In this document: one piece after another, positions 39,594 through 51,372 of the stretch | How the letters are laid out: every line of letters starts with the position of its first letter | How positions within the stretch are numbered: the first letter of the stretch is position 1 | DNA from: Vicugna vicugna | Lineage: Eukaryota | Reading direction: 5' to 3' | NCBI GenBank assembly: GCA_013265495.1 | Contig: MU058153.1 | Coordinates: 186,001-250,000, forward strand | Length of the DNA: 64,000 nucleotides | The notes under the pieces: generated by a model | What the model was told of the DNA's origin: nothing | Databases searched by the model: none | The model's input: only the letters and a program-made list of their open reading frames with translations | Program-made: the position numbers and the translations under genes

Positions 39594-40999
39594 AAGCACA
39601 AAGGATAAAGAGAAGTAGGTGATCTCTTGAGAAAACTGTTTGTAATCTATTTCCTGCAGAAAATTACTTCAAAAGTAAATTTGAGTCGATTTTGAAAGGC
39701 AAAGAAAAATTCCTCTGTTCCTTTCCAGTCAATATTACTTGTGACTTACCACATCTTATCTTAGGCTTTTCATATTTTCCTTTCTACAACCACACTCTGC
39801 CCCCTTGGGGATCAAAGTCCAATCAGTCAATAGCTATCAGGAAGAGAGATCTGACAATTCCAAAAGGAAAAAAATATATATGTAAAGAATAAGAATATTT
39901 AATGGCTGGAAATAACCAGAGGAAGCACAATCTGAAAGCATATTAGCAAAGGTAATGAAAGTCTCAAGTGGATTTTATTCTAAAGCCCTCAAGAGTTTTA
40001 TTGAGTATCTACTCTGAGCACTGCTCTATGAATATATACAGAGGAAAGTGCAAGGAAATAACAAGACGAAGTCCAACCCTTATGCCACCATTTATAGGTA
40101 AGGAAATAGAACACAGACTTATGAAAAGCAAATTAACAACAAAATGGTAAGTGACTGGTATCAACGAGGAGAATTAAAGGCGTTTGCAGAAACATCCTTG
40201 ATTAAAGAGCATGCAGCATTTTTAGTGTTTGCAATCAGTTTTTTCATTTATGTAAACTTTAAAATTACAGGACTTTGGCAAATGCATTATCTCTTATTAT
40301 CCCTAGATTAACATCTTGAAGGAGCTAAGTCTCTAAGTAGCTAAGTCCATCTTACAGATGGATAAACTGGAGGTCAGGTATTTCATTTATGTCCCCAGTG
40401 GTATATGCTTAGAGGATATTAGAGTCAAGACTTGAACTCCTGTCTTGTGAGTCATGGTCCTAAACTGATACAGGATGATCAAAGTAAATGAAATGCTGAA
40501 ACTTAAAAGAAGCCTTATATGTTCATTCCTTTATTCACCAAGTATGTGCAGAATGATCCAAATACTCCAGCCACCTTGCTAGGCATCGGGCATATATGTG
40601 TGAATAAAACATAGCCCCTGCCTTCTCAGAGAAGGGTAAGTAAAGACAAATAAGCAATGTCTACTAAATACGAGAGATGAAATGACTGAGGGACTAGTGA
40701 TGATCAACTAGCATATGCTGAAACTATACCAAATATTGGACTATTAGTCTGCAGTGCCCTCAACACACGCCCATGTGTAATCCAGACATAAAAAGAGGTT
40801 CAGGACATCTCAGAGGATCTGAGAACCCAGGAAGAAACAAGTATCTTGCCCCTAAAAGGGTCACCATCTGAGAAGAGAGAGGCTTACTGTTTGAGAGCAA
40901 AGGAGACAATTCCACAGGCTGGTTAGGAGCCCAGTCTTCAAGAGGGAAAATCTGTTTTTAAATCCCAGTGCTTCAAAGTTCTAGCTATGGGAATTTGAA

Positions 41000-42825
41000 A
41001 AAGTTTCTGTATACTAACAATGAAGTACCGAAAAGAGGAATTACGAAAATAATCCCACTTACAATTACATAGAAAAGAATAAAATAATTGGAAATACATT
41101 TAACCAAGGAAGTGATAGATCTGTACACTGAAAAAAAATAAATTGAAGAAAACAAAGCAAATGGAAAGATATTTGATGTTCATTGACTAGAAAAAATAAT
41201 ATTGTTAGAATGTCCATCCTACTCAAAACAATCTGCAGATTCAATATAATCTCCACTAAAAATTTTGATGGTATTTATCACAGAAATAGAAAAAACAATC
41301 CTAAAATTCATATGAATAGCCAAAACAATCTTGAAAAAGAAAAGTAAACCTAAAGGCATCACACTTTCTGATTTCAGACTATGTTACAAGGCTCAGAAAT
41401 GAACTCATGCGTATATGGTCAATTGGTTTTCTACAAAGATTCCAAGAATAAATGACACAGAAAAAGTAGTTTCTTCAATAAAAGGTGTTGAGAACTGGAC
41501 ATCCACATGCAAGAGAATGAAATCCTTATCTTACACAATACAAAAATATCAACTTAAAATAGATTATGAATTTGAATGTAAGACCTGAAACCACAAAACT
41601 CCTAGAAGAAAACGTAAGCAGTAAGCTCCTCGACATTGGTCTTGGCAACTAAGTTTCAGATTTGACATGGAAAGCAAAGGCCATAAAAGCAAAAGTGAAC
41701 AAGTGGGACTATGTCAAACTGAAAAGCTTCTGCACGGCAAAGGAAGCCATCAACAAAAAGAAAAGGCAATGTATGGAATGGGAGGAAATATTTGCAAATC
41801 ACATGTTTGATATTTAGAATATACAAGGAACTCACACAACTCAATACCAAAAAAAAAAAAAAAAAAAAAAAAAAAGAGAGAGAGATCTGATTAAAAAATG
41901 AGGAAAGGACCCGAATAGAAATTTTTCCAAAGAAGACCTACAAATGACTAATAGGTACATGAAAATGTGCTCAGCATCATTGATCATTAGTGAAATACAA
42001 ATCAAAACCACAGTGAGTAGACCTCACACCTGCTGGGACGTCTGCTATCAAAAAGACAAGCCATAGCAAATGCTGGCAAGGATGTGAAGAAAGAAGAGTA
42101 TGTGCGCACTGTTGATGGGAATATAAACTGTTCAGTCACTGTGGAAAACAGTATGGAGGTTTCTTAATGAAATTAAGAAGAGAACTACCATATGATCTAG
42201 CACCCTAGTTCTGGGTAAATATTACAAAGGAAATGAAATCATTATCTGAAAGAGATATCTGTCTTCCTATGTTCATCAAAGCCTTAGTCACAATAGCCAA
42301 AGTATGGAGCTAACCTAAGTGTCTATCAATGCACGAATGAATAAGGAAAGTGTAACATATAGATAGATAGAATTATAGATTAATATAATATAATGAATGA
42401 ATTAATTAATTAATATAATATATGCACAATGGAATATTATTCAGCCTTATAAAAGATGGAAATCCTGCCATTTGCAACAACATGAATGAATCTGGAGGGC
42501 ACTACGATAAGTGAAATAAGCCAGACAAAGATAAATACTACATGTACTCACTTATATGTGGAATCTAAAAAAAAAAAAAAGCAGTTGAACTCATAGAAAC
42601 AGAGAGTAGAAAAGTGGTTGCTAGGAGTTAGGATAAGGGTGAAGGAAATAGGGAGAAGTTGATAAAAGGGTGCAAACCTTCAGTTATAAAAGAGGAATAA
42701 GGTCTGACAATCTAATGTATACCTTGGTGACTCTAGTGGATAATATTGTATCATATGATTAAAATTTGCTAGGAGAGTAGAACTTTACTGTTCTCACAAA
42801 AATATAAATAAAAACAATAAAAAGC
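41000..42825 (+). mobile_element. 5'-truncated L1 (ORF2 3' half + 3' UTR, L1MA-like)
   Basis: aatcctaaaattcatatg, tcaaactgaaaagcttctgcacggcaaagg (KLKSFCTAK), gaactaccatatgatctagc, 3' UTR gaactcatagaaacagagagtaga...aataaaa; internal A run 41849-41875. Confidence 0.95.
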
Positions 42826-42839
42826 AAAATTTAGATCAC

Positions 42840-45800
42840 AGTTTATAAGGAAAGAAATAATGCAGTGGAGAGGGTTCTGGTAGCACCGGGAGATTCAGTG
42901 GTGGCTCTACTCTCCAAGTTAGATATAATAGCAGAAGATGCTGTGTGTAACAGAATAGGGTTCTTTGATACCAATGGAGATAACAGAACCCTAAAATGGC
43001 AGAAATCAGCGATCCTTTGCCTTGCTCTGTGATCTGAGCTACTTTTCAGATCTAGACTCTGAATTTTTAAGATAAGACTGTCTCATCAGGAAGAAATGAT
43101 TTACAACACCATATGTATTCAATAATGACTCCCTCTCCTTGTCCAGTAACGAATCTTACTTTGAGGAGAAGAGGGTGACCAGACAATGTAAGGACTGTCC
43201 GACAGGATCTGAATTTTCACCGATACTCAGATGCTATTCATTGATGCTATTAGAGTGGAATAATATTAGAGTCAGGTAATAATGGAATCTTTATCTATAT
43301 CCAGCTTGCAGAGACCCACTAGGTCTATGGAGCTACTCAGTGGTTATTCCCCAGTCTCCAAAGGCCTAATTGGAATGAACATACTTGATAATTTACTCAA
43401 CAATTACATTAGTTTCTTTGTCTATGGATCAAGAGCTATTATAATAAGAAAAGTGAAATCTTCTGAAATTGCCCCTCTCCAACCCTCACCCAAGATAGCA
43501 AATCAAAAGCATTATCATATCCCCCCCGACTCTGAAAAATAACAGAGGTTAATGGTATTCTTCAAGACTTCAAGGATGAATGGTGTGGTCCATATTTAAT
43601 TTCCTACTTCTGCCCTGTAGAAATCAGATCAGTCCTAGAGTACGAAAGTAGATTTCCTCAAACTCAACCAGGTAGCACTTCTTCTTGTAACTGCTATGTC
43701 AAATATGGAATGCTGACCAGAAGAGATGAACTTGGTCTCAGATACATGTAGTCATTGACTGGCAGTTCCTTTCTCTTCCATCTCTACCAAGAAGGGGGCA
43801 AAAAGCAGTTTATTATCACAAAACACAGACAGCAATATTCATTTACATTTTTGCCCAGAGTTATGCTCACACCCTCACCCTCTGTAATGTTATAGTACAA
43901 AGGGATTTTAACTATCTAATTGGTCCACATAAACTTACCTTGGCTCAGTATACCAATAACATGATAATCAAATCATGTGAGCAGAAGTCAAGTGGATTGT
44001 GGGCCTTTGTAAGATCCTACTTTGGATCCAGAAAGTAGAAGATAAAGCCTATGAAGATTTGAAAATTATGTCAGGAAATCTCGTCCAAAATAAAGGCTAC
44101 GTTATTATTTCTCTTACCTCCACCATTATGAAGAAAAGATAATGTCTTGTAACATCTTCAGCTTCTAGAAGCAGCATGTTCCACACCTAGAGATACAGCT
44201 ATGTTCGAAAAGAAGGATTTAATGCAAACATACTTGTTGCTTGGAACATTTAAGTGAACCAACCCTCTGGTGCAAAAGCTACCTGTGCAGGAAAAGACAC
44301 TATAAATTTACAGCAAGCTCCCAATGAAAATCATGATGTAAGCTGGAAAAAATTTGTGTCATCTCTAACAAGGAATTATGCACCTTAAGAAAAAACAAAC
44401 AAAACAGCTCCACATGGGTATCTTACTTTCCCAATACCATCTGCAGAAGAGACTATCATTTCTACATTGTATATTCTTGGCAACCTTGTTGAAGATGAGT
44501 TGATTGTTTATGTGTGGTTTTATTCCGAGACTTTCTATTCTGTTCCATCCATCTGTGTTTATGCCAATATCATACTGTTATAATCACTGTTGCTTTGTAT
44601 TATATTTTGAAGTCAGGAAGTATAGTGCTTCCAGCTTTACTCTTCTTTCTCAAGATTAGTTAGGCTATTCAGGGTCCTTTGTGGTTCCATATGAAGTTTT
44701 GGGTTGTTTTCCTATTTCTATAAAAAAAAATGCCATGGGGATTTTGATAGGTCTTGACTGATTTTGTAGATCAGTTTGGATATTATGGTCATTTTCACAA
44801 TATTAAGTCTTCCATTCATGAAAATGTATGGCTTTCTAATTTTTTGTGCTTTAAAAAATTTCTTTCATAAACGTTTTATAGTTTTTAGTTTTATCAGCTA
44901 AGAGAGATGAGCAATAATACATGATAAGATGAAAGTGGAAGAATCAAGCCGGAGCTGGTTCAGAAACAGGAAGGGCACACAAAGAGCTGACCTGGAACCT
45001 TGCAACGTCTCCGCCGTTACACAGTTGCTGCTCCCTCAGCTCAAGCCCATTGGTCCCATGAGATTCTCTTCATGAGAGCAGGAAGAAAAATTTGGAGCTT
45101 CACGTATGAGTAGGCCTGGTACACTGTATGAGCCAAAAATGGATGGTGGCTGTGTTACAGCCTCACTTAGGGTGGTCCTTAAGGACAGCAAAGATGGCAG
45201 ATCCTCCCAGTGGGCAGAGCTTCCTGTAGTGTTCCCTTCTCATCTTCTTTATATGGAAAAAGATGTGGTCAAAAGTAAGAATAAGTATCGATTCACGGGC
45301 AGTGGCAAATGCTTTGGCTGATTAATCAGTTACTTGAAAGGAGTAAGTTTGGAAATTTAAGGGCAAGAAAGTCTTGGAAAAAGAGGAATGATAGAAGTGA
45401 GTATCAATCAAGTGTGAAGATGTTTGAATTGTGCACTGACACCCACCAGTGAGCATCCATCATAGATGAAGCTTTAAATAACTAAGAAGTTGAAAAGCCA
45501 GAATCATTTAACAAATTGATTGCAGCTAATCTCCATCATTGTCTATCCCAGTGCTGGCACAATGTGCACATACATGGAGTAAGAATAAGGCCAGGGGTCA
45601 AAACTTCCATGGACCCAACACCATGCACTCCCATTGATCAAAGCTAATGAAGCCACTTCTGCCACTGAATGTCACACCTGCCACAAACATAGATCAACGC
45701 TGAGGCACTGATATGGGATCATAATTCCACAGTTTAAGGGGCAGTGATTTATCTTGATTGGAATAGATACACACCTGGATATGGGCTTACCTTTTTTACC

Positions 45801-45850
45801 AGCGGAACCTCAACCAGCACCAGTATCCAGGTGCTTACAGCCATGAGCTA
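42840..45850 (+). mobile_element. Degenerate ERV-L (class III) internal region: gag end, pro, RT, RNase H, integrase
   Basis: aaactcaaccaggta (KLNQV) ~43660; cagcaatattcatttacatttttgccc (QQYSFTFLP) ~43830; gctcagtataccaataacatg (decayed HYIDD) ~43945; tcctcccagtgggcagagctt (SSQWAEL) ~45205; actgaatgtcacacctgc (zinc-binding CxxC) ~45665; ttgattggaatagatac (integrase GIDT) ~45760. Confidence 0.88.
44420..44890 (-). mobile_element. Antisense L1 ORF2 fragment nested in ERV-L pol
   Basis: tgaagtcaggaagtatagtgcttccagctttactcttctttctcaagatt...ggctattcagggtcctttgtggttccatatgaa is canonical antisense L1. Confidence 0.92.
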
Positions 45851-47210
45851 GGGATTAGGCAGTCACGCCTTGATGGCTGTGCATTGCTGGCAAAGAGAAC
45901 ACATGCCGTCCTAGATCAATCCTAGTAGTCTAGAAGTATCGGGGGCATACGCTGGAGTACATTCTTTATGAATATGAAGTTTCCATTCCAACCAGTACAT
46001 GTTGGATAAATGAATCGATATTCTGTTTAAATTACTTTTGTTTGGGGGAAACCATTGAAGGCAAAAAAATTAAAGTACCCCCATAGATGAAGGACAGGGA
46101 CTATCAAATATTATATTGTCCCTCTACTCTTAACAGGCAGGTCCAATTTAGAAGAAAAGAGATAATCCATTGAATAAAAACCCTGTTGGGAGCATTAAGA
46201 AGTAGTCACAATGATCACTTTCTAGGTCATGCCCTGGAGCATGGCACTTGCGTCCTATATGGTTTGGATTTTAAAGGTGACCATGGGTCTCATGAATGCG
46301 TGGGTTTGTTGGTAATAAATAATAAAAATAGCTAAAATGCATGTAGCATCTGCTATGCATGTGGCACTGTTCTGTTTTCTTTGTATATATGAACTAAGTT
46401 CAGCTTTTCCTACAGTAGTCGAACTATCACTAAATCAACTTTAGAGAGTAGAAAACAGGCATGGGGAGGTTAAGCAGTTTATTCTGCTAGAAAGACAGGC
46501 GTCTGGGACGCATTACAGTAGTCAAAACCCTTCAGCTCTCCTGCACTGACCATGGAGAGAAATCATTGCATCCTTCGGGACTTGGGTGGGAAAAGAGAAC
46601 CCTGTCTCTTGGGAGTCTAGCTTACATCCATTTGGATGAGGTTCCACACCTCACGTAAGTACTGCCAGTCACAATTCGAAATCTGAAATAACGGAATATT
46701 GTTTGTGTTCTGTCTCAAGCCAAGCCTTCTCAAAGGAAATGTACAGCTGCTTGTCCTAACTCCGTTCCTTCCTTTTTCCAGCTTATTCTCTGCATTTTTT
46801 GCCATATTATCCTTCTTAAACTCTACTCTTCCTGTTCGAAAGCTCTCCACGGCTCTGGGATGTCTGCACGATAAAGTTGGCAAACCTCAATCAGACATCC
46901 AAAATGCTGATGTCTTTATGAGATATCAAAGGTGAAATCCATTTACCATATTCCCTACACCCATCTCACACTTTTTTTTGTCCTCTATGCTTTTACTTAA
47001 GCAAACTCAATATGCAAATATTTTGGGTTTTTGTTTTTTGGGTATTTTCTCTCTACAAGCTTACACAAACTATACCCACCTTTTAAGATACAAGGTAAAA
47101 TAATATTTCTTCCATAAAGTCTTTCCTCATCAGTAAATCATGAGGTGACCTCCACCTCTTCAGAAAGACTGGATAATTTACCTGGTAATTTTAATCCTTA
47201 TCTAATTGGA

Positions 47211-47283
47211 TATAGATAGATAGATAGATAGTTAGATAGATAGATAGATATAGAGAGATAGATAGACAGACAGATAGATAGAG
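47211..47283. repeat. (TAGA)n tetranucleotide microsatellite, imperfect
   Basis: tagatagatagatagatagttagatagatagatagata...gacagacagatagata. Confidence 0.95.
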
Positions 47284-50200
47284 ATATGTACATATATAAT
47301 TGCATTCAGCAACTATGTGTTGTTTCTTTTGCATTATACTCCTACATTTGACATTTTATATTTCGTTTATATCCTGTATCTCGGTAGTATTGTTTACAGT
47401 ATTATATTTGATATTTAAATAATGCATGGACTTCGTTATTCCTTTTACGTTTCTCCATTACAAAAGTCTACCAACATATTTGGTGACTTGATTAAAATGG
47501 AATACATGAATAATGTTTATTAGTTCAATTCAACATACCACCCTTCTCAAAGTGAGACAGTGACTCTTGCTTGGTAAATTCAGACCTTGCTTTGTATACC
47601 CTGAGAGAAACTGAGTCAGATCCTTAGATTTCTACACAGAAGAAACTAAGCAATAATTTTATTGAACTACTTTGGCTGAGTAAGTAGCTCTGTTTTCTGC
47701 ATGGCTCATCCAGGGGAATTTCCAACTCCCGTCATGCAGTGTGACATATATTCCCCTCGATAAAACAACAGAAAAAGTGTATTTGGAATTTTAAGCAGTT
47801 TTCAATGTAGATGTTTAAAATATGCTGAATTTCCCAAGACTCCTATTGGGTAAACTCATCTACCTTCTTCATTGTTTGAGAGTGATGAATTATGTAAAAT
47901 AATTCATTTACTTCCTTTTCTCTCTTTTTTAAATTCTACTCTGCCATTTCACACTATTGTCAACTTCAGAACTATCCTGTTTCAAATTAAGCTAAAATAT
48001 TGAAGTCTCTTCTGAGCTACTGTCTCCCATTTATGACTGCTCGGGAGACACCTGTCACAGGACACCTGTCAACACTTTATAACAGAACGCTTAACTCTTC
48101 CTCCATATCAGTGTGTTACCTTTCCTTCCCATCACCTTTCTATTCATCTTTTGCCTCCTTCGTGCATTCCTCATTGACTCTTTCGCTGCCTTCCCTCTGG
48201 TACAGCAAGTTATTCTCTCTTACCTGGACTAGTGGAATAGTCTTCTAAGCACCTCCACTTCTTCGGGTTTTTTTTCACTCTAAGAAATCTCTGAACTCTT
48301 TTGCCAAATTGTTGTTTATCACAGAACATCCCTCCTCACTTTATCACCAAAATGAAAACTTTGTGAGCTTTCCTATTGAATCCCTTTGTCACCATTTTCT
48401 AGAAGAGTGGCTGCCACATAGTAAACATATAATAGGTATCTGCTCAAGGAATGAACAAATCCCATGCTCAAATACCTTCAATGGCTCCCTATTACTTAAG
48501 GGAATTTAAGTTGTTATTTAAATTCTTTATAACATTTATAATCACATGCTGGCAATAGATGGAAACTATGACTATAGTGACAATGAGGATCAGTCAACAC
48601 TTTAAATAAGTTATTGACAAAAATATGATAAGATAATCAATCTGTAACTGAGATTCTCAGCCAACATTTATATTTGTGTCTTTTCATAGTTTAATTCCAC
48701 ACTGTTATACAGAGTGCTTTGAATTTTGTTAGTAACAAAATTAAATAAACTAGGTACTAGGTAATGTGTGAAGCTCTTTACAAGTTTACAATCCCATGAC
48801 TTAAGTTTTACTAAGCATGTTTCACAAATAAGAAAGCAGATTTAGATGAAGTTACTTGCCATGATCACCCAGCTAGTAAGAGACAGCCAGGGTTTTAAAT
48901 TCATCATTATTTACTATAAAATTTCTCATTTTCTTTCTATAGAAGAAAGTCAACATGTTCAGTTTTAAAGAATTAACATTTCATAGAATTCTCTTGATAA
49001 GAACAGTCTACTCCCAAATGGAAAGCTTTCTCTCTTTGGAGATGAAGTTTTCCATCTGTATACCTTAGAAGACCTGAGGGAGTCTGAGAGACTCAGAAAA
49101 ATATCTCATCAGCTGGTGAGAACTTAAGCCCAGTGTAAGGGGCTTTGACTATAAATCCCAGAACAAACAATGCAGTCCTCTGTCCCTCAGAGTCATAGAA
49201 ATTGTGAAGTATCTGCTAGAGCCCAGAAATAGCCAGGAATGCTTCCATTTTCAATTGATTGCTGCGCCTTCCCAGGGACCCTTTCTTAAACCAATTTGGA
49301 ACTCCCAAGTTAGCAGGGAACGGCCACATTTCCCGGCATTTCGTCTCCTTAATACCTGTCACCTTTTCTTGCTTCTGTAATAGACTATCAAGAATACGGC
49401 TGGAGCTTGAGGGGCCCCGAGAAGTCACTTTCTCCTTGACCCACACACTGCTTGATCTCTTGGAAATTGTCAACCCTGGAGACAAGCATTTTTGACTTCC
49501 CTTCCAGACTGGACAAAACACAAAGGGAACTTAAGGCGAGAAATATTTTAATGGTTTTTTCTACTTTCGTTCAGTCTCCATGATAGCCATCTAATGCACA
49601 GACTGAGGGCTAATGCACATGGAAGGGGAGAGAAACCATCTCAGCGTGGGTGCTCCGCTGACATTTTGATAAGAGCGCAGAGATGGGAAAACAGCACATC
49701 CCCTAAACTCCCTTTCTAAAGACGTACCTTTGCAGTGCTTCTCAGAAAGCTCAGTGGCCCCCCTTTTAGTCTGCCGAGAAGGTTGACAAAGGATTTTAAG
49801 AATAATCAGACCCACAGAAACACACTTGTCAGCTGTGACTACAAATGTCTCTATAATTGAGCATATTCTTACATTTTACTTTCAAATAATTCTGTCCACT
49901 TCCTTATAAAGAGAACGCCGTTTTTGCTTTAAATTCTTGTTCGGATTTTATTAGAGGATGTTTATCTCGGTTTATTGGCTTATTTATAGAATTAGAATTA
50001 TTGATAGAATATGAATTGAAAAGGACTAAGATGTTTAGTATTATTACTTTGTCCTTAATATTGACATTATTAACATTTTTAGCAGAAACTTTTTCTTTGA
50101 ATGGAAACTTATTCAAACCTCAACATGGAAAAATTATCAATGGGCATGGCTGGAAGGTCTGGCTTCTTCCCCATCTCCTCAGTTCTTTGGAAATCTGAGA

Positions 50201-50949
50201 AGATGCTCTATAAAGCTCACTTTGAATTCTGATGAATTTCTCCAAACTGCTCTGGAGCAAGACACAGGGGAGTGAAGTGGTTCATCAAGTCATATCCCTG
50301 GTTGGTGGCAGAGCTGACTCTAAAGTGTAGACTCTTGATTCTCATTCCCGTCTTTGAGGCTGGGTCCATCTTTGTGGTCCAGGGGAACGAAAAACGTTAC
50401 CTAAAATGGAAAATGTTGAAAAGAAAACAAAATGAATCATTTTCCCAATGGCTGGGCTAGAAACAGTTATCTTGTGGCAGAAAAGGCTTCTCACTCATAA
50501 ATAGGAATGTATTAAACCATAGTGGAAATGGCATGCCAACGACAGGCATTTGTCTTGCTTCAGAAAATTTGTTTCTGACTTCTAAGTTCTCCCTGACCCG
50601 GTGAATGCACCTTTCATCTGTCCTGAGAGTCTCCTGAAATGTCTGAGATGGTCAAGGTGGTGACCACTTAAACTGCAGCTGCCCCAACTGGCGCTTCTCC
50701 CACTGGTCATTCCTGGGGACCAACCAAAGAACCCCAGGCACATGCATGCAGGGGAAGGTTGGTGTGTGCACATGAAGACAAAGCAGTCCTCCACAAGACA
50801 AACGAGACCTACTTGCTATAATCCCGATGTGCTCTCCGGTACTGAGCTGGGCACCCTGACCAGACACGAGGAAGCACTCTTGTGCATTATAGAGGAGATG
50901 CAAGACAGTAACTTCCGTTTGTCTAGGAAAATGAATGTTTTTTACAACA

Positions 50950-51372
50950 TCCTCTTTGTCTTCCTTCCATCAGTGTCTCTAAATCTATGTTTCTTCTGCT
51001 CAAAATCACTGCTCTTTTTCCTTTTTAAAAATCTAAGTTCCTCTTGTCTTTCTTACTCGCCCCCTAGTCTCCTCCTCCTTATTCTCTTGTTCTTTCATTC
51101 TTTTTTTTGCTTAACTTCCTTCCTTCTTTTCCATTTTTTTCTATCTTCCCCTCTAGCTTTCTTTTCCTCTCTCTTCTTTCTTTTTCTCTTTTTCTTTGTT
51201 TTCTCCTTTCCTTCGATTTTTCTCTTCCCTCTTTCCTTCCCTCCCTTGTTTTTTTTTTTTTAGATTTCTCCCTTCAGCTCTTTTTCTATTTCTTTATGTA
51301 TACTCTTTCTGTTTTTCATTCTTCTTCTTCTGTCTCACATTGTACTTTTTCATACTTCCTTCCTTCCTTCCT
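50950..51372. repeat. CT-rich low-complexity polypyrimidine tract
   Basis: ~400 bp almost devoid of purines; explains the Phe/Leu/Ser ORFs at 50742-51496. Confidence 0.9.

Noticed and set aside
43282..45321. Domesticated ERV-derived gene
   Set aside because: Pol is riddled with stops and frameshifts, the catalytic YIDD is lost and an L1 interrupts it
49630..49690. Possible hairpin (ccatctc...gagatgg)
   Set aside because: Only short discontinuous pairing; not a pre-miRNA-quality stem
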